Assembly: GCA_964035545.1 (NCBI GenBank) | Contig: OZ037765.1 | Coordinates: forward strand, 27,093,504 to 27,157,503 | Direction of reading: 5' to 3' | DNA: 64,000 nucleotides | Source: Bugula neritina | Lineage: Eukaryota > Animalia > Bryozoa | Shown here: positions 39,959-53,227 of the stretch, in pieces | Position numbering within the stretch: position 1 is the first letter of the stretch | Layout of the letters: every line of letters begins with the position of its first letter | The notes under the pieces: generated by a model | What the model saw: only the letters and a program-made list of their open reading frames with translations | Database searches by the model: none | Told to the model about the DNA's origin: nothing | Made by a program: the position numbers and the translations under genes

Positions 39959-42900
39959 CTATCTGACAATGGAGATACCGCAGATTTACAGTTTCAATTT
40001 CAGAGAGTTAATGATTCAAGGGCATATTCTTTCTTCCTTCCTAAAAACAAAAGAAATAATTAAGCATCGCGTTAATTTGGATGACATTATAGAGTCATCT
40101 TCTCTTGTGGTGTTCAAGACGCCTGTGCTCCCTAGAATTGGGACCTAAGCATAACTTTCTGGTAAAATATTAAAATCTGACCAGTTATATATTTAGTTTT
40201 AGTAAATCCCATCAGAATACTATATATAGATAATCAATGAAACAGATCATCATATATTGTAGATTATATCTCTTGTTTGGAGTGAGGGACGAGCATGCCA
40301 GTTTGAAATTATCTCTCTGATATTATTATACAAAACTTTGCAAAACAATTACAGTAGAGACAATTTTTTCTGGAAAGGGCTCACAAGTTCACTAAAATCT
40401 GCACTACAGGAAACCTAAAACAGTGTACAGTGTTTTGCAACCCGTGATTGGGAAGCCTACATAATATGTATCATATTATATTGGTGAAACTTGAAGCATG
40501 ACATATTTCTAGTTTATTGGACATTCAGTGATAAAACAGAGCTAAAAGTTTGGAAGTGTGGTGATTAAATAAAATGAAAATCATTTATAAAATTTGTAAC
40601 TTTTCTTCAGCTTTTAAACTAAATAGAAAAATATTCCTTTTGTTGACTCCAGGTTTATATAGCTAAGTGGTAACTATTTCTTTGACTACATTTTTTGCAG
40701 GTTGAAACACGATTCAAACTAAAATTTTTTTAGCAAGTTTCAAAAAGAAAACATGACCTTTGCTATTAAAAGAGCAGCACCCCAGCACTATGCATCTGAA
40801 TGTATACGAATCTAAATCAACTCTGAAACTAATCTGCATAGCTCACACTGGTGACTGTCTGGTGAATGGAGCAACCCATTTCAACTTGGGCAGATGCTAT
40901 AAATAGTATACTGTACTGTAAAGTTACAAATTTCCACTGAGTACAGAAACTTTAATGCCATTTTTAGCATGGAAAATTGAATGAAGTATGACTGTGAAGT
41001 ATTGCAAAAGCTAAAAATGAACTTCACCAGTGGTGATGTAGGCCTACTCGTACTACTGCACTCAAAGAAATAATATAATATACATATGGCTAAATCCCTG
41101 GATGGTTACTTCATATAAGCAGGCTTTGTTGTATTGCATCCTCGTGACATTCAAACGGCTGTCTCAATGCATTGATTGCTAATCAAATGTTTCTCTACGC
41201 TATTATCGACGACGTGACAAGCACAAAGCAAGTAATTGCGTGGTTATTTTTACTGCATAGAATGCATTAAATATGCATCCAGCTAATTAGCAAACGCAGA
41301 CCCTTGCAAATGACTAGACACGTGTTCGCAGAAAAACTCAGCCGTATAAAATATTGTGCAGGCAATAATCAATAAGTTAAGTGCACCTTCCACAACTGTT
41401 TTAATATAAACACTCACTGAACGGCGTGTAGTAACGCAAGGTCAATAGTATTACGAAGTAACCGGAGAAATAGTACAAGTAGGCGCCCAGCCGGCTCTTA
41501 ATCGCACTTTAATTATACGCACTATTACGTGCAATAGCTGAACGCGAGAAGAATGTTTAGCTGGTTAAGCACTACACTCCTCGATTTTACCGGACTTCAA
41601 CTTTCTGTAATTATTGTCTTATATCAGACAAATGAGAAAACGCTTAATAAATTATTATAACCTTGTAGTAGGTCATTACTGGCACCGCCCACTAGTATCG
41701 CCTAATATTTTAAGAATCAAACGTGAGCATGACCCATAAATATCCCCTGCATATTACGACTTACCATCTGGTATATATAGAGTTCGACCCCCAAACAACT
41801 CATATTTTGAAGATGAAAAACTAAATTCCTAATAGGTGTATTATAACCTATTGTCAAGTGAAATCTTTCATGTAGTTTGCAGGCCGTGGTGAAGTAAACC
41901 CAGCAACTGAGCTAGTAGGCTTGTTAATGAATATTATGTTGAACTAATGCAACTTGTTGAGAGAAATAGCTGACGTACTCACCGATGTATTGCACCAAAA
42001 CCTGCACAATTCCAAGCCACTTCTGTTGCTTTTAACTCAATGCACTACAAGCAATAGTCAGCATCCACCAAAAGCTCTTCATTACTTAGCTGAAAATGTA
42101 CATTATAGACTTTTAATTGCTATTTAACTTTTAGTCTAAATCAATATTTTTGTTATGAAGCTATAGATAGTCCACAAATTATATTGCAGCAAAAATATAG
42201 ATACTTTAGTGTGTTGTCAGATCTAAAAGTTGCACTATTTTAAACCTTAAAAAGTACACTTAGAGCTGATGAGACATAGATGGATGTCAGTAAAAATCAT
42301 AGGAATTAATTTATAACTACCCTAGTTGACTTGCCACCTGCTAAAAATAACGTACACTTGAAAGTAGGGGATTATAGTCAGGATAATGATAGATTTATTC
42401 TACTGTGTGCCTTTTCGTAGACTGAACTCAGTGCCCATAAAGTGCAATCAATTTAAAAAGACTGCCTTAACCAATTGCGAAATTTTAATATTCTAGTTTG
42501 GCATGAAACATGGTGTTGCATCTCTTTTTCACAAATTTATGGTTTTACACAATTTTCCAACCTGAATTTAGACATCAGGAGATATTAGCAGTTGAAAAGT
42601 TGATTTTTTATCATAAATCAATCTGTACATTAGTGGGCACTTTAATTTGAAATTATAGTTACAAATGTGATCATTAACACTCCTAGACTATGCGTTGTGC
42701 ATTATGTTACACAATTATAGTAAAAAAACGATATTAACTTTAGTATTAGTCTCCACAGTTGAAGCTAAAATGTGAAAATATGCACTTAACTTGCATACCT
42801 ACTTATGTAACTATGTTTACTAGCTATAGCAATGTGAAACAATAATGGTAAAAAATAAATTCAAACCGTGTCTGATATATAAGAATAATGGGTATTTTCA

Positions 42901-44699
42901 AATTATAATACTGAAAGGTGTAGGTCGTTCGGATATATTATTTTCATTTCCTGTCTTACAATGTCACAATAAATATATTAATTAGGTTGCTAAGTGCTAA
43001 TATACATACAAATGCTTTACATAATATTTTGTGCTTAATTTTATTACATAATTGTAGCACTAAATATATCACCAATGCCAGAGTTGTTTTGATAGCAGTC
43101 ATAGTTCTAGGCTCTAGGGTCTAATTGTAATCAAAACATAATGAAAAGTATTTCATCAAAGAATTTCCTAGATTTAACAGCTAAACTGAAATTTATAAAA
43201 GTGGGTTTTTCAAGTAAAAATCAAAAGATTCATACTGGTACAAACACACTGGAAACTCAAATTTTCAAACTGCTGATGTAGGCCTTTATCAAAATTTAAA
43301 ACTACAATTATTTATAGTACACTCAACAACAGTAGCTAAATTTACAAAGCCTTCACATTGGCTTTTTACAGACAAGCTGTGCCTACAGAAGTCTTAGCTC
43401 TCAAATGCAGCCACTTGGTAAAAACATGAGCTAGTAGACGGCTTACGTTATACAGCAAAATAAGTAAGTTTCTAAATTATTTTCTTTTTTCTAATGATGT
43501 TAGATACAATTATTTCTTGTAATCTTGCTCACTTGCCACAAAAATGTATTTGTTTTTAAATGTTTATGTTATGTTTATGTATTTTTGAAATATATTATTG
43601 TTTGTAGTCTTGCCTGTGTGAACACAATAAAATCATATACCAGTAAAGATTCATTGCCTAGTTTACTAGATGTCCTTTTAGTCTAGGTTTAATAATACCT
43701 ATTTGTCAGGGAGAGCTTCAAACTATCACAATAATGAATTATGAATATCGTGTAACTAAAACTGCACAGAAGGAGTAGGCTATAAGTATATATTGCTTAT
43801 ATTTATATTTCAACTAAAATAACAATTATTATGCCAATAGCTTTGATAGTTAAATACAACACCTACAAAACTAAGAAGAAGGTTATTCAACTCAAATAAT
43901 ATTTATTTTCATATTTTAAAGATGGGAGTATATTTAATTTTAATAGTTTTATGTTGTTTTGTTTGCAATTTCTATTAGGTTTACGGTCAATAATTCAGTT
44001 ATTGCAGTCAATTTAGTTGAAAATATTCTGTATCTATAAGATTATTTATATTTAAAAAACAACTAAATACACAAATTCAAAGGTTTATTTGTTATTCTTC
44101 AAATTTATTGCAACTTTAGATTACTCTGTTATACTTGGTCTATAGTCTATACTACGTGTAACAGTAAGTCAATATTACTAGGTCCAACCGAAATGGTAAC
44201 TTTCAAACATTCAAAAGTTTGTATAATTATGCTCCCTATCAGACTACTCAAAATGAAACAAAGTGAATATAATACCTACTATCAACTATTTGTATTACTA
44301 ATTAGTACTAATATTATAATTACAATCACCTGATAGAGTTGTAATCCAACTGTAAGTCACTAATTATAGCATTGATCTTTATAAACATTTTGTTCATAAG
44401 TAATTATAATAAGTAGTTATATAATATAAACTAAAAGTCAATGCCGCATTAATAAATACCATTTTTTTGTGCTAATACTCAGCAAAAATTAACTAAATAT
44501 TTTTGATTTTATAGCAAAATACATTTATATACTGTGAAATACTTTGTCATTTATAAACAGTAATACCAATACTACTTAAAATAAAAATGACCAATACGAT
44601 ATCGTAATACAATTTTTTTGATAATTTTTAATCAGCGAATCTTCATAGTGACAATCATTTTTATAATAATGATAATTTCACTTACAATTACATTTTTAT

Positions 44700-46110
44700 G
44701 ACTCTTAACACTGAATGCAGCTATAAGTATAAATAATCCAAATATAAGTTGTAGTTATAGTATTAGTATTATCAATACTATTATTACAAAAGATAATGAT
44801 ACTAATACTTAGTCTTATAATTCTTATCTTTATTTATACTTATAGTACTAATACTAGTAGCAGTGATTATGAATTTAAAATGAAATTATATTTGGTTAGT
44901 GTCACATGATAAATATTTAAATAATTTATTTTTAATTTTTAAAGCTAATGGTGTGTGAAATAGTATAAAAATAAGAGTTTGAAACTGAAATGCATCCACT
45001 TCCACAGTTTCAGAATCCATAAAAATATACATATATTATTACTAGTAGTACTAGTAGTAGCAGTATTACATGATTTACTGTATTAAACTCATTATTACTA
45101 CTTTATTATATGTAGTTTTACTGATTACTATAAGTACTATAAGTATAACCATAATAGTAGTACTATTACTATTAGTATAAGTATGACTATAGTAAAAAAT
45201 AAGTATAAGTATTAGTATTACTTTTAGTATTAGTGTTACTATTAGTATAAGTAGTAGCCTTACAGTAAATGTAATAGTAATACTAATTCAAATTGTATAT
45301 AAGTAATACTTATACTTATAGTTATACTATTACTTTATTATAAGTGATAGAACTAGAACTAGAAGTAAAACTATGTAAATCACTAAATGTAATTCACTAT
45401 ATTCACTAATAATATACTATATAATATTATAATATTATCACTAATATTATACTAATAGTAATACTTATATTTATATTTGAAGATAATACTACTAGTTATA
45501 CTAATTGTAAAATCAAACTGTAATCATAATGATAATGCAATAATTATAATATTAATAATCAATAATCATTAATTATTTATGTAATAGTAATACTATTACA
45601 GTAATACTATTAGTATTAGAATTAGTGATATTACTATTAGTAGTATATTACTAATAGTAAGAGACTACTATTACTAATACTAAATCTAATGGTAATAGTC
45701 ATACTAATAGTAATATCACTAATACTAATACTAATAAGTAATAGTAATAGTAATACTAATAGTAATACTATTACTATTATTATATTTATTAGGCTACTAG
45801 TACTATTACTATAACTATTACTATTAGTAATAATACAAACTCTAACACTAAGAGTAACTGTAAGACTAAGAGTTACACTAACTGTAAGTGATATTCATAT
45901 GGATATTCAATTTCATACACTATCATACTGATACTCTTAGTCATAGTCATACTGATACTGTAACTCAAACTCTAAGAGTAAGTGTAAGTCTGACACAATT
46001 TGAAATTTCATTATTATAACTATAAGTATTACTAGTACTATTAGTATTATTAATTAGTATTGTTATTTAGTATTGATATTATGATTTATAACAATCATAA
46101 CCATAATGCT
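44700..46110. repeat. Longest degenerate hexamer-periodic tract, next to the putative distal ataxin-1 promoter
   Basis: For example agtaatagtaatagtaatactaatagtaatactattactatt and ctctaacactaagagtaactgtaagactaagagttacactaactgtaagtgata. Confidence 0.75.
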
Positions 46111-47456
46111 TACAGCCAAGCCCAATGCCATGAATTCACACTTATCCGAATTTGAAACTATGTTGCAGTCACCAGCCACCTATCAATAAACCGGGAGCGA
46201 CTTGGATTGAATAGCTTGAGGACCATTCAACTTGTAATAAAATAACCTTGCTCAAAGAAATGCTGTATTTATAAATAATTACCAAATTTGCAAAGTGTAC
46301 TCCAAGTCGTAAAACTAAAATACTGATGACGTCGTTGCACACAGAGTGTACTTCACACTGTTGCGACGAATGACCAGTCTATAAAACACTAGAATAGGCT
46401 GTTCTTCTCAATTTTACGGGCCTTTGTAAAATTATAGAAAAGATAACTCTATAACAAATGTATTGCTGAAGTTGAAGAATGATACTGGTATAACACCATG
46501 GCAGCTCTTAATAGTTAGCAGTTACTAAAATATAAGCTAGGGTATGATATGTGTCAATAATTTTATTACCATAATTATTTATTTATATCAAAATAGAGTA
46601 GCAGTAAAAGTAGAGTAAACATTATTTTATAAACCCTCCTCCCATAAATCCATAATAAGGAAATATGACCCACAACATGGAAATATGTTTACGGACAAAA
46701 TATAGGTTATACGTACAAAAAATGAGCTAATGCTCTTTATAAAATCCACAATAGGATGAAACTTATGCAGTTGTACAGTACAAATATTAAAATCGGTTTT
46801 GAGATTAATATTTCGAAAAAGATGACAATAAAGTAATCTTGAAGCCTAAACCAGCTCAAGGTATAAAAAAACAATGCTTTATACTCAGTACCTTGTTTTA
46901 TTATATGATTGTTATTTATATTTGAATAATTTTGGAAAGTATTTGTAAAAATTATGACGTTAACGACCTGAGAACTGTAATTTTCTAAAACAAAAATCAC
47001 TGCAGAAAGAATTATAAAAATAGTGAGGCTATTATAAAAATGTTAATAATGTAATATATATGCAGGAATTGAAATATACCGTTAAAAGCTAACTAGAATT
47101 GACAGAATGTTTTATAGACCGAGTGATAAAAACTATTTTCATACGCAAAGTCTTCCACTTTATTGAACATTTAGAATTATTGAACTCTAATCTTTAAGTG
47201 ATTGAAGTTTAGCTATTCATCTCCTATGAGTTTCAGCATTTGATTATAGACACCAGATTTGTATACTGTAATATGTTGCGCATTGGCTTTAAGATTTTTA
47301 GTGGACTTTGTTAGCTTGCTCAGCTTATTAATGAATGGCTGTGAGTGGTCTGCTGGGTAGCTAATGAAAAGAGACAAAGCTTTCTCCCGGCAACGGACTT
47401 AGATATAATGTTTTTGAGATGTTGTTTGTGTATTAAGAACTGAAATTTGTTTGGTT

Positions 47457-47883
47457 TCACCCCAAATAGACGCTTCCCAGCTAGACGCTAATTTTTTGTT
47501 TTTGGTGCAATATATCATATAATGTACCTATATAACTGTTGTATTGATTGCTGAACATGAATAATAGTTAATTAATGTGAATTATCTAGAATAATATTCC
47601 AATTTTCATGGATTTGTGTGAGACAAAAAAGAAACAGCAATACATTATTAACGGACATTATTTTTAATGAAGGATGAACAGTTTTTATATTGGAGCATAG
47701 AATTAAATGCAAAATTAATAAGTTAACGCAGATTAAAAGGAATTTATTTCAAGATTAAAGAGAATGCAATTTTTTTAAATATACATATACTTCGATAATA
47801 TTAAAATAAATTTCACATAAAGTACATATATTGTACTAAAATAAATAAAGAGCGTCTAACTGAGAAGCATCTATCTGGAATGA
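47457..47883. mobile_element. Degenerate MITE-like element (~430 bp) with ~30-bp imperfect terminal inverted repeats
   Basis: Left ccaaatagacgcttcccagctagacgct versus right reverse complement ccagatagatgcttctcagttagacgct. Confidence 0.55.
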
Positions 47884-49249
47884 CATCATTCATTTGTTGT
47901 AGTTATGAAGAGCTAAAAGTTATTTAAAAGGTATATGGTGCAGTAATAAAGAAATTTATGGAAACCTGCAGTGTTCTATAAGGTGATAAACATTGCAAAA
48001 TATTATGTTCTCGCAAGACTCTCAGTCTGCAACCTTCACCCCATCCCCCAATGAAATTACTGCTCATGAATTTGCATCCGTGGAGATATTTAGTTATCAA
48101 CTATATATTATATATCTTTTAAAAAGAAGTTTTTATAAAGTGTGGTTCATAGCTACTTTTTGTACTAATTAGAAAATGGGCTGCAAAGCAAGTAAAATAT
48201 AAAAGCATATAACCTATTTACCTATGTTTTATATCTAGAACATATAATTTTCCTAATTTCTTCGTTACTATATCTACCTCCAAATGAAGTAAGGCATTGC
48301 AACCACGTAGTAGTCTTTATTATTAGGTATTTTGTTTGACTAAATTAGAAAATGCTAAATTGATTACAAAAAAAAAACTTTTTTTTCTCATTACATGTGA
48401 TGAAGTTAAGGTGTTTTATTTGGCAATGTTAATTATGGGTTTATGATTTCATTACATGCTTTTTATTTGACAGTATTTTGATAAGCAGGAAAATTTTTGA
48501 GAACAAAATAGTCACGTATATTGCTATAACATAAAATGTACTAGGCCTATATGTTTTTTTTTATAAAATGTAGTATGTATATAAGACATAATTTTTATTA
48601 TATTACAACATAATAAGTATATAAATTATCATATACAGTATACTGTGTATTTAGCTCTGTTAGGCTGTTTGATTCGATAGGTCAACTATGTTGTATATTC
48701 ATATGTTGTATTGTTGTATTATAGCTAGATAAGCTATTAATAATGAAAAAGCCATGGAAAGCTTTCAGCTACATATAGCCATGTTTTGATGTATATTATG
48801 TTTTTCACTTGCTTTGTACCATTCAACCAGATTACATGTCCTACAAGCAATAACACATATTTGTCATAATGCTACAAACTATACATATTATATGCTACAT
48901 AATAAAATTATTATCATGGGAACAAAGTTTTATTGTGTCCGCGAGTACAATAATTTTATCTAGTGCTATAGAGTTGTCTTCTCCCACGTACAGCGAGCGC
49001 AACAAAAGTTGAATAGGTAAAAAGAAAAAATGGCCGACGCACCATTCACCAGTGATAAATTGAGATTCTAATTTAAATTTTGATTCATAATAACCTAGTG
49101 GCCCATCTTTTAAAAAATAACTTGGCTACTTGAAGAATGTTTAGCTTAATTTTATTTATATGAGTTTCTTAACATAAAATCTAATGCTTTGTTTATTAGA
49201 ATTCTTAATCCTCATTAAATTTAATCATTAAATTTAAAATTAATGCGTA

Positions 49250-50100
49250 GCAGTACCGTAGCACTAACACTTAACAGTAACATTAACAGTATGAGTAACA
49301 CTAACTGTAATGACTAATGAGTATCACTATTAATATTAGTGATACTCTTTACTGAGTTCATTACTCATTAATGAAGATTAAGGATGTCATAGTGATACTG
49401 ATCACTATGAGTATGACATCTATTTCTAATTCAAATTGAAATTTATCAAAGTGAAACTGAAAGTGATCAACTTCAACTTCGTCAACATCAATTTCAAATT
49501 CAATATCAACATGAACATGTACTTCAACTTGTAGTAATGCTGATCGTAGATTTTTAGTTGTACTTTGTCGTTTGTCTTGGTTCTAGGTTTAATTCAAATT
49601 TTAGACTTTTCAATTTCATTTAGATTTAGTTTTACTTGAAGTTTATCACTTTTACTTTTTTAGCTTTACTTCATTGCATTTCAATAAATTTATTTATTAA
49701 TATTATTAACTTAAGTCCAAATTCGATGCCCTAAGCCAATGGACAATGGCCAATTTAATACTTATAGTTAATGTTATAGTTATACTAATGTATAATACTA
49801 TTAATAGTTATACTAATAGTTATAGTAATAGTTATACTTAATAACTTATACTTATACTTATAGTCATAGTGATACTCATACTGATTGTGACAGTTATAGA
49901 TATACTGAGTCACTCATACTTATACTGATATTCAAATCATATTGATATTAAAACCGATAGGCTATAGTGATACTGATAGCCAAGGCAAAACTCAATATAA
50001 TGTCATACTCCTACTAACTTTAAGTCGAATGATAAAGTGATGCTCATTGAATGACTATCACTATCAGTCACTGTCATCCGTCTAAAATAATAATATTAAA
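49250..50100. repeat. Degenerate periodic tract between the putative U1A promoter and its ATG
   Basis: For example cagtaacattaacagtatgagtaacactaactgtaatgactaatgagtatcactat and agtcatagtgatactcatactgattgtgacagttat. Confidence 0.7.
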
Positions 50101-50264
50101 TATACTTCTTTTCATTCCTGGGTTATTAGCGTCACCATTATCTGCATTGAACTTATTTTTGCTCTTTCAAGGTTTTTATTGGTTTCAGCTTTACATTTAT
50201 CAACGTAGCATTAGGTAACATTTTTCTCGTATACTTTTTAGCTAGTGATTCCACTACTTCTGCT

Positions 50265-52057
50265 ATGGACATCAGACCCAGCCATACAATATATGTTAAT
50301 AACCTCAATGAGAAGGTGAAGAAAGATGGTAAGTGTTGTTGTGCAACTAAATCGTATTTGTTTGGTTTATTCTTCTGCAAGTTTAAGCATATCAGTTTAT
50401 ATAAATCAGATTTCAAGTGATGGTAAAAGACCCATATAGCTTATTATAATATATCTTGTGCTGTTTTTTTTGTAGAGTTGAAAAAATCTCTCTATGCTAT
50501 ATTCTCACAGTTTGGCCAAATTCTTGATATTGTTGCCCTAAAGTCTCTTAGAATGCGAGGTCAAGCATTTGTTATATTCAAAGAAATAAATAGTGCTACT
50601 AAGGCTTTACAATCTATGCAAGGATTCCCATTTTATGATAAACCAATGGTACGTATAGACTATAGAAGTTTAACACTAATTGTTATTCTTAATTCTCAAT
50701 GTAGAAGTTTTATTCTTTTCTTTTAAATGCCTACAATATTTTATTTTAAATATGTTTTAGCGAATATCTTATTCTAAAACGGATTCAGATGTGATTGCAA
50801 AAATGAAGGGCACATTTGTACCCAGAGAGAAAGGTCCCAAAACAGAAGAGCATATTCCTAAAAAGAAGAAAAAGAAGTAAGTCTTGGGGATTTTATTTAT
50901 ACTATAGCTTCTTTTTTGTTAAGATTAATGCACTGAAACCTGCTTTAAAAGGTCAGAAAAATCTAAATCTAACCCATATAGATAGATAAATGCTTAAAGT
51001 ATTTATTGGGCAACTTTTTATCCTAAAAAACCACATTGAGTTTCAAAATCAAAATTCATCAAATGCAGAACAATATATTACAAATATATATATATACAAG
51101 ACTATTTTGATTGTAATATCTCATTAGGACATATACCTGGAAAGATTGTTTTATACTTATGTATGATCTAGCAATGTTTAAACAGTTGACAGCGTATATG
51201 AAGTTGTAGTAATTCCATTCTAAATGTAAAGTTTCTGCATTGAAATTTTTTGCTCTTAATTTTTGTGTGCTCTAATTTATAATTATTCAATATTTACAGG
51301 GCAGCTGCTGCTGCCGCTCAAGCAGCTGCAAGTAATGACTCAGCTGCGCACATTGTCCCTCCGTCTTCTGGTACTACACCTGCGGTCATACCGGAACAGC
51401 CACCCAACCAGATATTGTTCTTGACTAACTTACCAGAAGAAACTAATGAAATGATGTTATCCATGCTCTTCAATCAGTGAGTTGCTATACAAAAACCAAT
51501 TTGCATGTGTTATTTTTTCATTTATTTTGCAGCTTTATTGGTTTCATGCTTTTTACAGCATTCATCAGGCACATTTGTATTTAAATTGTACCTCAAGTAA
51601 CACATCAAGAGGTAGTAGGGTGATGGATATCATATAGTGGTAGTCAGTTATGTGTTCGAATATTATGGAATATAAATATTTCTGTTTTATGATTACAGAG
51701 AAAAAATTTTCTTTGAATGCTGGCAGGTTAACATTAATTCGTTACTTTTGTGCGAAGTATATATTTTTGTTCTGTATAGTATAAGAAGGTTTCCAGCAAG
51801 CACAGGTTTTCATTTTTTGTGGCGGTGTTGTACCACACACACACACACACTTAGTATGGAATGTACCACTGGTTTTAATACAAAGTATATGTTGTAGATT
51901 TCCTGGCTTCAAGGAGGTTCGTCTGGTACCTGGCCGTCACGACATTGCGTTTGTAGAGTTTGAGAATGAAACCCAATCCAGTGCTGCAAAAAGCGCTCTT
52001 CAGGGCTTCAAAATTACACCAACACATGCCATGAAAATTACCTTCGCCAAGAAATAA
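50265..52057 (+). CDS. snf: U1A/U2B''/SNF snRNP protein (two RRMs). Exons 50265-50328, 50476-50648, 50761-50876, 51300-51476, 51898-52057
   Basis: [56 protein letters not shown]...FYDKPM|[19 protein letters not shown]...[28 protein letters not shown]|[21 protein letters not shown]...[14 protein letters not shown] is the SNF/U2B''-type loop. Confidence 0.97.
51834..51850. repeat. (CA)n microsatellite
   Basis: Run of cacacacacacacacac in the last U1A intron. Confidence 0.9.
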
Positions 52058-52076
52058 TTAACTCATTGGTTGGTTA

Positions 52077-52134
52077 CCGGGCTTATTGCACACACATGTC
52101 CCGGATACGAGGTGGCATTGCACTTTAACCCCTC
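52077..52134 (+). promoter_or_regulatory. Candidate U1A-binding (PIE-like) element in the U1A/SNF 3' UTR
   Basis: ATTGCAC at 52085-52091 and 52117-52123, enclosed by CCGGG(52077-81)/CCCGG(52100-04) and GAGG(52109-12)/CCTC(52131-34). AATAAA at 52333-52338. Confidence 0.6.
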
Positions 52135-53227
52135 AAATTACTAGTAACAGACTTGTAAATATTGTAATATATTAGTTACATCTTTATTGGTTTGCAGGTA
52201 TGGTTGTTAAATGCTATTCAAATGTTATATCTACACAGGTATCGACTCCAAGCCTTGCAATATCAAATCTCATCACTAGATGACATTCGTGTGCCTTTGC
52301 CGGATGTATTGGTTTGTATTTCTTATGATTTAAATAAAATGATCGATGGAACAAATTTATTGAAATTCTCTAAATTTTATCAAAGTTGTTAAGATTCTTG
52401 CATCAGAGAAAACTTTCTCTTGTACAACATGTATCTTATAAAAGGAAAAGATGCAGATTTACAGGTGTGCACACATAAGGCTGTGTAACAAATTTCAAAT
52501 AACCATATGCTTTATTGTTGGAAACTATTGACAACAAAAATGTAAATGGTGACAGGAGATAAAACAGGAGCCAAAAAGTAGTAATTCTGGTTGCCCTAAC
52601 TACCATTACAACTGGCAAAACCAAGATTCTAGCATTGATTGAAATTAAACAATTAAAGAAAACAGAACATGGTACTAGCTTCAGATGTTAATTTGAAGAT
52701 TAACAAAATGGTTTTACTCAATAACTCTTAGTTATAGTTGTCTATCAGTATAATTAGAAGATGAGAATCAGTGTAAGCTGAGTGGATGGAATAAGGGAGT
52801 ATACACTGAGGCTACAATCGAGAGGTACATTGATGAACTTAATCATTTAGCATGCATATGCACGTAGTTATCAAAAAATATACATCTTTGTTAACGTTAT
52901 GGATAAATGACATTGCACATTATATTTTTGTGCAAAACCAAAGGAATTAAAAGAAGAGATATTTTAGTATTACTATGAAGCACTCCAGAACTAAATATGC
53001 AACTTACTGACTAGCTAACTATTTTCCACAGTAACCATATGAGGAAATCACTTACTGCTACAGCCATTGCACTCACTTGAAACAATAGAGTTGAATTGAG
53101 TACAAGTTATTATACTCCGAGTTAATAGAAAACCAATTCATACAATCTAATATTGATAGTACAGCACATGGCATAAGTGTATTCTGCCCCATGGGTGTTG
53201 GTCATATGGCTGCTTAAAATCTCCAGT

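Noticed and set aside
52912-53074. Further ATTGCAC copies at 52912 and 53066
   Set aside because: They lie downstream of the likely U1A poly(A) signal, antisense within the PURA 3' UTR, with no evident stems; compatible with chance unless a longer U1A 3' UTR exists.
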